Shown here: positions 38,329 to 47,375 of the stretch, piece after piece
How positions within the stretch are numbered: the first letter of the stretch is position 1
Layout: each line of letters begins with the position of its first letter
DNA from: Terriglobia bacterium
GTDB taxonomy: Bacteria > Acidobacteriota > Terriglobia > Terriglobales > Acidobacteriaceae
Assembly: GCA_963699935.1 (NCBI GenBank)
Contig: CAVOVU010000009.1
Coordinates: 77,781 to 141,780 of the forward strand
Direction: 5' to 3'
DNA: 64,000 nt
Translations under genes and position numbers: made by a program
The notes under the pieces: generated by a model
The model's input: only the letters and a program-made list of their open reading frames with translations
The model's database searches: none
Told to the model about the DNA's origin: nothing

Positions 38329-41300
38329 TCAGAAGTTCAGCTTCAGCGAAAACTCGACCACCCGCGGTGAACCCATTGCATTCACGCCGGAGCCGAGTCC
38401 CAGCCGCAAGTCGTTGGGTTGCGGACTGGTGGTTCCGTTGGGTGAGCCCGGTGTTCCGTCCAGAATGCTGCTGAAGGGAGCGGCCGGGCCGTCGAAGTTG
38501 GCGAAGTTGAACAGGTTGAAGATGGAAATTCCCGGCCGCAGTTCTAGACGGTCCCGGAACTTGTAAGCCCAACTCAAGCTCAGATCAAAGGTCTTGAGCC
38601 AGGCCTGACCAATGGCGCCGGCCGGAGCCAGAGGCAGACCGGTAAATCCTCCAGTTGATTGTCCGCCGATTACTCCTCCCAGCTCCTGCAACTGGGCCAG
38701 GGTAAACAGGCCGTTGCTGATCAACACCTGGCCGGCCGGAGTCGGCTGGCCCACCATGGTGCTATTGAAGCTGCTGATCTTCTGGTTCAGCCCGTTCACT
38801 CCAAACGAGCGTCCGAAGCCGCCGATGTTGGTACCGGGCAGAAGATCACCCAGGCCTCCGTTGGAGCCGAAGGTCCCGTCGCCGGTGCCGTCGCCGGTGA
38901 TGTCGGTCTGGAACAGGCCGCCGGGATTTCCGCTGACCGGCAAAGTCACATCGGACGGAAGCGGACTGTCAAAGTGCGAGATCAGACTCAAGCGGAAGCG
39001 GGCCGGAAGGTCCATCGTGCCTCCGAAGGAGAGCTGATGGGTGCGGTCCAGTCCATTGGGGCCGATGTATTGAGTGGGATTCGCATTGTCGGTGGAGAAG
39101 TTGATGAAGTCGCTGTCCCGCGCGGTCGAAACATAGCGGGAGAACGCATACGAGACTTGCAGATTGAGCGCTCTGACCCCGGGCAGCGGATTCTGCACAT
39201 TCTGGCGCAGGGAAGTCTGCAGACCGTTGTAAACCGAACGCCCAATCGGAAACAGCATCTGGTTGGCGCCAACGTTCTGATTGATCCCCGGAAAAGCCGC
39301 CCGGGCGTGAGGCTGGCCCGGTTGATCGAGGGCCGCGCACGGTCCTCCACCGCAGACGGAATATCCCGAATCAAGCCCGTTCGACGCGTAGTCTCCAATC
39401 CTGGCTCCGTTCGCGAAAGCACAATCCACGTCGGCACAACCGAAGTCTGCGTTGGTGGTTGTAATCGCGGCCTGGGCATTGGCCAGATTGAAGAAGCGGG
39501 AATCGCCAATGTGGTTGGTGTCAACCGCCAGCAGATTATGGGTGGAAACGTTGCGCAGATAGTCTGCCGTTACCACCGTGCCATGCCAGATCTCATGCTG
39601 GATGCCGATATTCATCTGCACCGAGCGTGGAGACACATACTGCGGAGCGAACATCTGGGTACCGGTAATGTCAATCCCGTCGGTCAACGTATTCCCGATA
39701 AACGAGCCGTTGGCGGCTGGACCCGCGGCCAGCGTCGCCGCCTGATACTGCTGTTGCAGCTGGACGATCTGGGTTGCCACGCTGCCGATGGGCTGGTTGC
39801 AAATGTTGAGCGCGCCCGGGCCAGTGCTGCCCGGATTGACGGTCGTGGTCGTACCGGGCAGCGTGTAGGTGACCGGACTGCCGTTGCTGCACACTGATTG
39901 CGAGCCCAGGAACAGTCCTTGTTCCAGACGGGCCGGCCGGTCGAACAGGTTGTTGTTCCAGATTGAGTTCTCGTAGAACAATCCGATACCGCCACGGATC
40001 ACGGTCTTTCCATTGCTCTTCGGGTCCCAGGCAAATCCCAGCTGAGGCGCAAAGTTCTGATTGGGCTGGGCCACCCGATCGCCCAGTCCGGAATAAAACT
40101 GATTGTCGAATTGATCCAGAGCCGGAATTGGACCCAGGTCACTGTCCGTCCTGCCGGTGTCACGGACATAACGCAACCCCACGGTCAGAGTGAAATTGGG
40201 TTTCACCTTCCAGGAATCTCCCACGTACCAGGAGAAGCGATGGTCAGGACCCAAGGCGCCGCCGGGAAATCCGAACGATGGATTCTCGGAAGAGAACCCC
40301 TGGCCGTTGCCCAGGCTGACGTTGGCCACGGGATAGTTCAGAGGATTGGAGCGCCGCCGGGAAAAACATTAGACGCGATGGCGGTGCTGGGCGAGCGCTA
40401 CGCGGGCGTCCAGGCCCAGGAATTCGGCGAAGCCTCCGCCCAGGATGCGGTTGAAGCCGGCGCCAAAACGAAACACGTGGTTTCTCCAGGCCCAGCTGCC
40501 GTCGTACTTGATCTGGTGATCGGACTGCACGGTAGCCTGGGGAGCGAGAAAGTTTGGACCGGAGCAGAAATCGTCAAGCCCCGCGGTCAGGCAGTTGGGA
40601 TCGCCGCCGATGGCGAGCTCAATCCCCGGAGCAGGATCAAAGATGCTGGAACCGGTCACCGCGTCGGTGATTCCGTTCTGGAATTTGGTGTAGCCAAAGC
40701 GAATGCTGTGGGTCAAATTGCCGGTGTTGAAGTCGGCCCCGGCAACATGGTCACGGGCGTGGTTCACATTGGCAAAGGGTTGGAAGGAATTGGGGATGAA
40801 CGGCAGCACGCTCCGATTCTGGTCAAACGAAAAACGATAAAAGAGCTTGTACCGGCCGGTCTGCCAGTCCAAACGTCCCACCGTCTGCGTTTCGCGAAAA
40901 GGAGAATCGAAATCTCCCGTGAGATTGGCGAACGCGCCTCCAGGCAGGACAGGATCGATCAGGTCCTGCTTGTTACGTTCCGCATTGATGAAGAAGAACA
41001 GCTTGTCCTTGATAATGGGACCGCCGAGACTGCCGCCGAATTGGTTACGCTGAAACGGATTGGTGGAGTCGCCGGGCAAAGCGGCGTTGAGCGACTGGTC
41101 GCGAAAGAAATAGAACGCATCGCCATGCAATCCGTTGGTCCCCGACTTAGTGGTCACGTTCACTGAACCGGATGAAGTCAGTTCAGTTGATAAGTCCAGC
41201 GAAGACTGCTGTAGTGCGGACTCCTGGATGGCGCCCAGGGGAAGATTTTGCGTAGTCGTGCCGACGGTTTCATCGCTGATATCGATTCCGTCCACTTCAA

Positions 41301-41928
41301 TACGGGCGGTCCGTCCGAATCTCCCGCCGAAAGAGACCGAAGAAAAACCGTTTTTGGTCGGATCGAAGGTTCCTCCGTCCTGTATTTGCACTCCCGGCTC
41401 CAGTTGGGCGAGATCGAGAAAGTTGCGGCCATTGATCGGCAGATTCTCAATCTGCTGGCTGGTGAGGACGCCCTGCACCGTGGCCTGTTCCGTATTAACG
41501 GCCACTTCGTTGGCCTGTACTTCCACCACCTGTGCGCTCTCACCCAATATGAGCCTGGCGTTTGCCGTGGCAGTCGTGTTCACCTGAACGGTAAGAGGGA
41601 TCACCACCGTTCTGAATCCACTGGCTTCAACGCGAACCTCATAACTGCCCGGGAGCAACGCGCCGGAAGCGTAAGCGCCGGACGAACTGGTCATGGTTGC
41701 GCTGGTTTGATTGGTTCCCTTGTTGCGAATAGTTACCTTCGCGCCGCTCACCACTGCACCCGAGGGATCCGTAATCGTTCCCTGAATGCTGCCGGTTGAG
41801 ATTGTGGTCTGGGCGAAGGCTGCTCCCGAAAGTAACAACAGAAATAAGGACAACCCAGATAGGACGTACCGTTTCACCGCTCGGTATGACGTACAGGTAT
41901 TCACAAGCTTCCTCTCTTTCAGATTCAT
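38329..41928 (-). pseudogene. ~1190-aa TonB-dependent receptor (CarboxypepD_reg N-terminus) interrupted by an in-frame TAA at 40369-40371
   Basis: ORFs 40369..41928 and 38329..40329 are in the same frame. The ~50 nt around the stop read coherently only in a shifted frame (STAIASNVFPGGAP). The C-terminus is ...EFSLKLNF. Confidence 0.8.
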
Positions 41929-42332
41929 CGTTGACTTTTCTAGACACGAATCCCAGAGAACAACAAAGAGTGAGTCGAGGAGCGGAGAGGAAAAACGGTA
42001 GGTTTCGAAAGCCAGTAGAAGATCGTCGCTGCCAAAGCAGCAACAAAACTTTACACCCGAGGACTAGTTTCTGGGCCCCTGCAACACCTGGTGTTATGCA
42101 AGCAACGAGCCAATTCCCGCGGGATTCAGCACTCATGAAGTTTCAATGACTTACTAGAGTCGGCGCCTCCGCGGAGAGCCGTAATGGCAGGAGTTACGGA
42201 AACTGGAATTGCATTCATCCGTGAAATGGAAGATTCACTTCCTTCCGGAACTGTGTCGCATACAAAAGTTGACGCCGGCGGCGGCTCGCGATTACACACT
42301 GTTACAATCCAATCAGGGGGAATCTTACTGCA

Positions 42333-42575
42333 ATGACGGACTTATCCAGGATTGTCGGGCAGTTAAAGAAAGAGCGTGCTCGGGTGCAACAACAACTGTC
42401 CGGACTGAATGCGGCGTTGGCCGCCTTCGCCGGAGTTTACAGCGGCAGCGGACCGGCGAAGAAACGAACGCGCCGTCCCTTGAGCGCCAAGGGCCGGGCC
42501 GCAATCCGCCGGGCGCAAAAAGCGCGATGGGCAAAAGTCAGGGCCGCGAAAAAATCGTTGGAGAAGACAAAGTAG
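42333..42575 (+). CDS. Small basic protein (80 aa) with a coiled-coil N-terminus and a Lys/Arg-rich C-terminus
   Basis: GGGGGA lies upstream of the ATG. A hairpin follows. No family recognised. Confidence 0.45.
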   Translation: MTDLSRIVGQLKKERARVQQQLSGLNAALAAFAGVYSGSGPAKKRTRRPLSAKGRAAIRRAQKARWAKVRAAKKSLEKTK

Positions 42576-42649
42576 CGCCGGCATCCCTTCGACTTCGCTC
42601 CGGGCAGGCTTTGCCGGCTGTCCAACCACTTGCTGGGGAATTGAATACT

Positions 42650-42686
42650 GGGGACAGCCGCCCTCGGCTGTCCCCAAATGGTTTTT
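42650..42686 (+). terminator. Candidate rho-independent terminator
   Basis: ggggacagccg-ccct-cggctgtcccc (11-bp stem) followed by aaatggttttt. Confidence 0.45.
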
Positions 42687-42731
42687 CATTGCTCTGGCGT
42701 TCCTTCTACACATCCCTGCTAGACTGGCGCG

Positions 42732-43616
42732 GTGCGCCGCCTCATCATCAACGCTGACGATTTTGGTCTCACCCCGGGCGTGAATCGTGCCATCGTCAAG
42801 GCCCACGAAAACGGCGTGGTGAGTTCGGCGACGCTAATGGCCAACGGTAACGCATTCGCGCAGGCGGTGAGTCTGGCGCAATCCACGCCTCGATTGGGAG
42901 TGGGATGCCACGTCGTCCTGGTGGACGGCGCTCCCCTGCTTCCCCAGTCGCAGGTCCATACCCTGTTGGACCGCAGCGGTAACGGCACCGGCGCTCCGCG
43001 TTTCCGCGAGGGCATCGGCAAATTCGGGGCGCTCGCGATGCTGGGCCGCCTGGCTGCCGATGAAATCGAAGCCGAAGCCACCGCCCAGATCCGCAAGCTG
43101 CAAGCTTCCGGCATTCCCGTCACTCACCTGGACTCGCACAAACACACTCACCTTTTCCCGCGCGTCCTGCGGCCCCTCTTGCGGGCGGCAAAGAACTGCG
43201 GCGTCCGGGCGATCCGCAATCCCTTCGAACGCATCCAGGGCTCGCAGCTGGCCGCATCACCCAGTTTATGGAGAAGGTGGACGGAGGTGGGCGTGCTGCG
43301 CAGTCTGGCCCGGCAGTTCCGCGAAGCCGTGCAGCAAGCCGGAATAGCCACGCCGGACGGTACCCTCGCCATCGTGGCCACCGGCGCGCTCGATGAACGT
43401 TTGCTGCGCTTGATGGTGGAGAAGCTTCCGGAAGGAACCTGGGAACTGGTTTGTCATCCCGGGTATAACGATGCAGATCTGCAGGAGATTCGGACCCGGC
43501 TGCGGGAATCGCGCGAGCAGGAGTTGCGCATTCTGACCTCGCAGTCAACCCGTGATCTGCTGGCGGCGAACGGGGTTGAAGTCGTGTCCTTCCGGGCGCT
43601 GGCCGCCGCAGGTTGA
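42732..43616 (+). CDS. ChbG/YdjC-family carbohydrate deacetylase
   Basis: LIINADDFGLTPGVNRAIVKAHENGVVSSATLMANG and HLDSHKHTH motifs. Confidence 0.8.
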   Translation: MRRLIINADDFGLTPGVNRAIVKAHENGVVSSATLMANGNAFAQAVSLAQSTPRLGVGCHVVLVDGAPLLPQSQVHTLLDRSGNGTGAPRFREGIGKFGALAMLGRLAADEIEAEATAQIRKLQASGIPVTHLDSHKHTHLFPRVLRPLLRAAKNCGVRAIRNPFERIQGSQLAASPSLWRRWTEVGVLRSLARQFREAVQQAGIATPDGTLAIVATGALDERLLRLMVEKLPEGTWELVCHPGYNDADLQEIRTRLRESREQELRILTSQSTRDLLAANGVEVVSFRALAAAG

Positions 43617-43617
43617 T

Positions 43618-43715
43618 CCCTGTGTCCTCCGTGATAGATCGGTTTCCACGGACGACACCGAGGAGGCCCTGGGAACCCGGCCTCCGTGCTTCTCCGTGTC
43701 CTCCGTGGTTAATGC
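43618..43715. repeat. Diverged relative of the MITE-like element
   Basis: ccacggacgacaccgaggagg...cctccgtgcttctccgtgtcctccgtggttaatgc parallels ccacgaagggcacgaagg...ccttcgtgatacttcgtgtccttcgtggtttatgc. Confidence 0.4.
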
Positions 43716-43845
43716 CTTCGCTTGCGCCCGCTGCGCCGGACGGAATGCACCCGGGGTAACGAATCGGCCCTAATGTGCCGATATATATGATTTAATGCTA
43801 GCGGTTTGTGAGTCTTTCGTGGCATTGCTGTCAGAATCAACCCGC

Positions 43846-44541
43846 ATGTCAGAAAAACCAGAGCCCCGGCTGCACGTAGAGTTGCCGATCCGAGTCTTTG
43901 GCATGGGAGCGGACGGTCGTCCTTTCCTCAACCATGCCCAGGCCCGCAACATCAGCCATCACGGCGCCAAGATCTCTGGACTGGAAACTCATTTGAAGGC
44001 GGGAGACGTGATCGCGGTCCAGGTCGGCGACACCAAAGCACGCTGCAAGGTTATCTGGGTAGTCGATGCCGGACAGGCCCAGAGAATCGAAATAGGAGTG
44101 AACCTGATCGAGGGCCAGCCCTGCCCCTGGGAAAAGGAATTGCAGCAGACCGGGCAAGCCCAGGAACCAGCTTCTCACCTCACGCCGTCCAACCAAAATA
44201 AGCGCAAGTTTCCGCGGCACCGGGTTCCCTTTCCCATTGAAATGCGCGACCCGGACGGCGTGGGCTCGCACATGAGGACCAGATCAGCGGACATAAGCGG
44301 TCGTGGATGCTATATCGAGACCATGCTGCCCCTTCCCGTGGGCAAGGTCCTGAGCATCACCTTGTGGCTGGATGCTCAAAGAGTGAACACCTCCGCGGTG
44401 GTCCGGTCTTGCGATGGCGGAGTGGGCATGGGAATTGAGTTCACCGGCCTCGACGAAGCTACCCAGGAACGGCTGCAGCAACAGGTTGAGACCATGGCGG
44501 CAGAGGGCGGCATCTCCGGCAACGCCCAGGGCGCGGGCTGA
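43846..44541 (+). CDS. Tandem PilZ-domain protein
   Basis: Two PilZ-like modules: RLHVELPIRV...ARNISHHGAKI and RKFPRHRVPFPIEM...SADISGRGCYI. Confidence 0.7.
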   Translation: MSEKPEPRLHVELPIRVFGMGADGRPFLNHAQARNISHHGAKISGLETHLKAGDVIAVQVGDTKARCKVIWVVDAGQAQRIEIGVNLIEGQPCPWEKELQQTGQAQEPASHLTPSNQNKRKFPRHRVPFPIEMRDPDGVGSHMRTRSADISGRGCYIETMLPLPVGKVLSITLWLDAQRVNTSAVVRSCDGGVGMGIEFTGLDEATQERLQQQVETMAAEGGISGNAQGAG

Positions 44542-44642
44542 ATCACTCTCCCCCCAAAAGAACCTCAGGCAAAAACTGAATCCCGGTTGCCTGCCCGCCA
44601 TCGAATGTGAAGGGCCCGAGTGCTGATCCGGAAGGGACAGGC

Positions 44643-45785
44643 ATGAAAATCGGCATCACCTGCTATCCCACCTACGGAGGCAGCGGCGTGGTCGCAACCG
44701 AGCTGGGGCTCGAACTGGCGGAGCGTGACCACGAAGTTCACTTCATTTCTTACGCTCAGCCCATCCGGTTGAGCGGTCCGCACCCCAACATTCACTATCA
44801 CGAAGTGGAGGTCTCCCGCTATCCGCTCTTCGAATACCCTCCCTACGATCTGGCGCTGGCCTCGCGCATGGCGGAAGTTGCCGAACTTTACGACCTCGAC
44901 CTGCTGCATGTGCACTATGCGATTCCGCATTCGGTGAGTGCGTTGCTGGCGCGCCAGATGATGGCCGCCAAGCCCCGCGGTCGCAAGTTGCCCTTCGTGA
45001 CCACCCTGCACGGCACCGACATCACGCTGGTGGGTCTCGACCGCTCCTACCTTCCCATTACCCGCTTCGCCATCGAGCAGAGCGACGGCGTGACCGCCAT
45101 TTCGCAATACCTGCGGGAGCGCACCCTGCGTGAGTTCGATATCCGCAATCACATTGAGGTGATCTATAACTTCGTCAATTGCGACGTGTATTGCAGAGGC
45201 GAAGACGCTTCGGAACTTAAGAAGGAATACGCACCCAATGGCGAACGCCTGCTCCTGCATCTGTCCAATTTTCGTCCCGTGAAACGGGTGACCGACTGTA
45301 TCGAAATATTTGACCGGGTGCGGAAGCAAATCCCTTCCAAGCTGTTGATGATCGGAGACGGCCCCGACCGCTCCCGCGCTGAGTGGCTGGCGGTGCAGAA
45401 GGGCATTCACAACGACGTAATTTTTCTGGGCAAGCAGGACCAGGTGCAGGAGAAGCTGGCTATGGCCGACATCCTGCTCCTGCCCAGCGAACTGGAATCG
45501 TTCGGGCTGGCCGCGTTAGAAGGCATGGCCTGTGAGGTTGTGCCCATCGCCACTCGCGTGGGCGGCATCCCGGAATTGATTGAGCACGGCCAGAGCGGTT
45601 ACCTGGCCGACGTCGGCGATGTGGACACCATGGCGCGCTATGCCATCGAATTGCTGAGCGACGAAACCTCGTTGCGCAAGATGGCGAAAGCCTGCCGGGC
45701 GGTGGCGCAATCGCGCTTCTGTGCCAGCCGGATCATTCCCCAATATGAAGAGTTTTACCGGCGCGTGCTGGAACGCGCTTCATAG
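44643..45785 (+). CDS. bshA: GT4 glycosyltransferase, BshA-like (N-acetyl-alpha-D-glucosaminyl L-malate synthase)
   Basis: N-terminal MKIGITCYPTYGGSGVVATELGLELAERDHEVHFIS closely matches BshA as I remember it. Also has the ESFGLAALEGMACEVP motif. Confidence 0.7.
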   Translation: MKIGITCYPTYGGSGVVATELGLELAERDHEVHFISYAQPIRLSGPHPNIHYHEVEVSRYPLFEYPPYDLALASRMAEVAELYDLDLLHVHYAIPHSVSALLARQMMAAKPRGRKLPFVTTLHGTDITLVGLDRSYLPITRFAIEQSDGVTAISQYLRERTLREFDIRNHIEVIYNFVNCDVYCRGEDASELKKEYAPNGERLLLHLSNFRPVKRVTDCIEIFDRVRKQIPSKLLMIGDGPDRSRAEWLAVQKGIHNDVIFLGKQDQVQEKLAMADILLLPSELESFGLAALEGMACEVVPIATRVGGIPELIEHGQSGYLADVGDVDTMARYAIELLSDETSLRKMAKACRAVAQSRFCASRIIPQYEEFYRRVLERAS

Positions 45786-47107
45786 AAGGCTTCCGGGATC
45801 GCGCCCGATCCCTGCAGCACGGGCAGGCGCAGCCTGACTAGAGTTCCCTTCCCTTCGCGGCTGTCGATGGTCATGCGGGCCGTGTCGCCATAAAGCACCT
45901 TCAACCGCTCCGCCACGTTGGCCATGCCGATGCCGGTCCCGCCCAGCCCGTTCGGCCGCTCGATCATATTCGCGGAACCCATGCCCACTCCATCGTCTTC
46001 CACTTCGACGATGAGATGTGAATCCGTCAGCCGGCTGCGCAGGTAGATGCTGCCGCCATCGATCTTCGACGACAAGCCGTGCTTGATCGAGTTCTCCACC
46101 AGCGGCTGCAGCAGCATGCTGGGAACCATGGTGTCCAGCGATGAAGTCTCGAGTTCCTTCACCACCCGCAGTTTGTCGCGGCCGAAGCGCACCACTTCAA
46201 TGTCCAGATAGTCGTCGATGAATTCCACTTCCTCACGCAAGGGCACAAAGGCATCGCTGCTGTTGAGCAGGCGGCGCAGGATATTGGCCAGTTTGATAAT
46301 CAGCTGGCGCGCCGTATCGGGATCGAAACGCACCAGCGAGGACACCGAGTTCAGCGTATTAAAAAGGAAGTGGGGGTTGATCTGGTTTTGCAGCGCTTCC
46401 ATGCGGGAATGCAGCAGCAGGCGTTCCTGTTCCTCCAGCTTGATCTGGATGCGCACGCTGTTCCAGATTTTGAGTTCCGTTCCAATGACCGTGACCGACG
46501 TGGCATAGATCAGGAGTTCCACCCACCAGGTGGGGCTTTCCAGACTGAAGGTGCGATTGGGGACAAACCGCGAAAGCTCGGTTTGCACAAAACGCAGCCC
46601 CACGATGGTGACGAAAAACATGGTCTGCCATTCGAAGGGGTGCGGTGTCGGAAGGTTGCGCCGGATCCAGCGGTAAATGCTGAGGTCCACAAACGGGGAA
46701 AACGACCAGATGTCCTCGCGATTGGGCGCGATGATACGCAATTGCCCAGCCACAAAGCCGCACAGCACATTGAACGGCAAAGTCGCCCATTCCCCATGCC
46801 AGAGTGCGGGAAGGGCCAGCAGAACGCCGCCCAGCGTGCCGGTCAGTCGTCCGCCGATCACGCCCAGAAGCACCGTGGTCTCGAAAGACAAATCGCCTGC
46901 GGCGAAACTTCTCGCGCCGAAGCGGATCCAGACTCCCAGGGCCAGCGGAACGCCGATCCACAGAACCAGATAAATTTTCTGCTTCCAGTCCCGTTCATCC
47001 CGGAACAGCAGCGACTTGAACTCCACTGACCGCCCCAGGATGCTGGCCGCGGAGGCAGCCACACCCAGCTTGATCAGCAGATTAATGAGGATGAGTCGCT
47101 GTTCCAT
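45755..47107 (-). CDS. LytS/YehU-type sensor histidine kinase (5TM-LYT plus His_kinase plus HATPase_c)
   Basis: NPHFLFNTLNSV H-box, then LLQPLVENSIKHG and GTGIGMANVAERL. The 3' end overlaps the bshA-like gene by 31 bp (convergent). Confidence 0.8.
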   Translation of the reverse strand: MEQRLILINLLIKLGVAASAASILGRSVEFKSLLFRDERDWKQKIYLVLWIGVPLALGVWIRFGARSFAAGDLSFETTVLLGVIGGRLTGTLGGVLLALPALWHGEWATLPFNVLCGFVAGQLRIIAPNREDIWSFSPFVDLSIYRWIRRNLPTPHPFEWQTMFFVTIVGLRFVQTELSRFVPNRTFSLESPTWWVELLIYATSVTVIGTELKIWNSVRIQIKLEEQERLLLHSRMEALQNQINPHFLFNTLNSVSSLVRFDPDTARQLIIKLANILRRLLNSSDAFVPLREEVEFIDDYLDIEVVRFGRDKLRVVKELETSSLDTMVPSMLLQPLVENSIKHGLSSKIDGGSIYLRSRLTDSHLIVEVEDDGVGMGSANMIERPNGLGGTGIGMANVAERLKVLYGDTARMTIDSREGKGTLVRLRLPVLQGSGAIPEAFYEARSSTRR

Positions 47108-47142
47108 GATTTAGAGACGCGCTGTGGGAAATGTAGCACGGC

Positions 47143-47359
47143 GTTGTCATCCTGAGCGCAGTAGCTGCTTCGCGTCGCGAAGCAGCTATGTAGTCGAAGG
47201 ACCCCTATGAGACTAACTGCGTCACGGCCTTACTGCTGCCCGCACCGTGCACTCAAAGTTCGAAAGCCCTCTTCCTCCGACAGCATTCCAGCTATAGGGG
47301 TCCTTCGACTCCGCTTTTGCTCCGCGAAGCGAAGCAAAAGTTGCGCTCAGGATGACAAC
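47143..47359. repeat. 217-bp compound palindrome ('gtcatcctgagcg' family)
   Basis: Perfect 18-bp outer arms gttgtcatcctgagcgca/tgcgctcaggatgacaac. Second arm pair tagtcgaaggacccctat/ataggggtccttcgact. Each side also has its own internal hairpin. Confidence 0.75.
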
Positions 47360-47375
47360 AGATGAGAGCGTAGGT

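Noticed and set aside
40369-40371. The in-frame TAA in the TonB-dependent receptor considered as programmed readthrough or a recoding site.
   Set aside because: TAA is not a usual recoding codon. The flanking ~50 nt are out of frame relative to sensible protein sequence, which fits a +1/-1 indel pair.
41929-42332. The 400-bp leader upstream of the large TonB-dependent receptor considered as a cobalamin or other riboswitch.
   Set aside because: I could not find a B12-box-like core or any other riboswitch consensus I know by eye. A covariance-model scan would be needed.
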